The notes beneath the pieces are model-generated. The model made no database searches. It worked only from the letters and a program-made list of their open reading frames with translations, and had not been told where the DNA came from. The translations under genes and the position numbers were made by a program. From Balanoglossus misakiensis (taxonomy: Eukaryota > Animalia > Hemichordata), in the NCBI GenBank assembly GCA_040954595.2, contig CM082584.2, positions 12,182,875 through 12,246,874 of the forward strand: DNA of 64,000 bases, in the 5' to 3' direction. Every line of letters starts with the position of its first letter. Within the stretch, counting starts at the first letter, position 1. Below are positions 63,301-64,000 of this stretch, one piece after another.

Positions 63301-64000
63301 TATTTCAAATCTCCATGGGTAGTTGATTTAATGTCCTTAACTGTACACTATTTTTCGTCTTGTGAACATGATCCATCTGAGCTAATCGACATTGTTGCTG
63401 TTCATATCTTGTATTTAAGTCCGGACTTGAATCCGTCTGTACTCCCTTCGAGGATGCTGACGGAACACACTCAAAGAGAATTAAAATAGAATCTCACACT
63501 CCCAAGGACCTGGGATCATATTTCTCACGCGAGTTGGGGATAACCATTTCTTGTTTTTTTTTTTCAGAGTGAAAGGCAAGGACCTTTACCCCTCAAATGG
63601 ATGCCACCTGAGTTTATCAGAAGAGGAATTTTCCAAATAAAGAGTGATATGTAAGTCTGGATATTTTCCTATCAAAATCTCTCAGCTATTACATTCTCAC
63701 CTTCTCTCTTCGTGTTGTACTGACATTACTCATGGCTGATTGGTTTACTATTTTGCAGCTGGTCGTTCGGTGTCTTCATGTGGGAAATAGCCACTTTGGG
63801 TAAGTTTAATTTTTGCCAGGTTACCTTGTTTGTGTCGATTCAGTCGAGCACCATTTACCCGAGTCCTGTCACACATGCACTCCCTTTTTTCTTCACGGCT
63901 TCAGGGGACTCGCCCTTTGCTGGGATTCAGGGCACCGACTTCATCAGGCGATGTGCGTTAGGCGAACGATTGGAGAGACCAAACTACTCCTCCGACAAAT
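57395..64000 (+). CDS. Receptor tyrosine kinase with cadherin, Ig-like and Tie-type EGF ectodomain; 3' end outside the window
   Basis: Signal exon 57395-57500; cadherin motifs VVIPEDTKIGT, LLDYS..EYNLTL, VEDKDDWPPYF; EGF GCPKGKYGFRCENDCYCENGGTCHTFTGACLCP; Ig WFKDG..KLEIKSVQDYYGGTY; further EGF repeats 61361-61787; TM FTVVCIILICASILVIYRKCRRR; kinase LGQGSFA, VAVK, HPNVI, IVMEYA, HRDLATRNVL, DFGLSR, LPLKWMPPE, SDIWSFGV. Confidence 0.9.

Noticed and set aside
1-64000. CRISPR arrays, tRNA/rRNA genes, operons, autonomous transposons
   Set aside because: Eukaryotic spliced genes throughout; no repeat-spacer array, cloverleaf, rRNA or RT/transposase ORF recognised by eye (tRNAscan, Infernal and RepeatMasker were not run).

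Overview
Gene-dense, intron-rich eukaryotic DNA (AT-rich, GT-AG introns) from a metazoan, most likely a marine invertebrate deuterostome (hemichordate/echinoderm-like; an inference, not proven). The supplied ORF track shows only exon fragments, so gene models were spliced by hand. In order: 3' part of MPDZ/PATJ-like multi-PDZ gene (+), TRMT13 (-), SARAF (-), NDUFA11 (+), DCLRE1A/SNM1A (-), a Tctex1-domain dynein light chain (-), a small secreted single-VWD protein (+), an RNF14-like RBR E3 ligase (-), an EFCAB14-like gene with two extra WAP domains and apparently two alternative 5' exon pairs (+), then four cell-surface genes: a 2-TM protein (-), a putative GPI-anchored 2-Ig protein (-), a tyrosine-motif single-pass adaptor (-) and a receptor tyrosine kinase with a cadherin/Ig/EGF ectodomain (+, runs off the window). 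Most notable: the duplicated N-terminal modules, candidate CUG start and WAP fusion of EFCAB14; an intronic ~815-bp element whose long hairpin has four tandem G.A pairs and a GCA triloop (a single-stranded-DNA folding signature); and the RTK/adaptor/Ig cluster. No rRNA, tRNA or CRISPR features were recognised.
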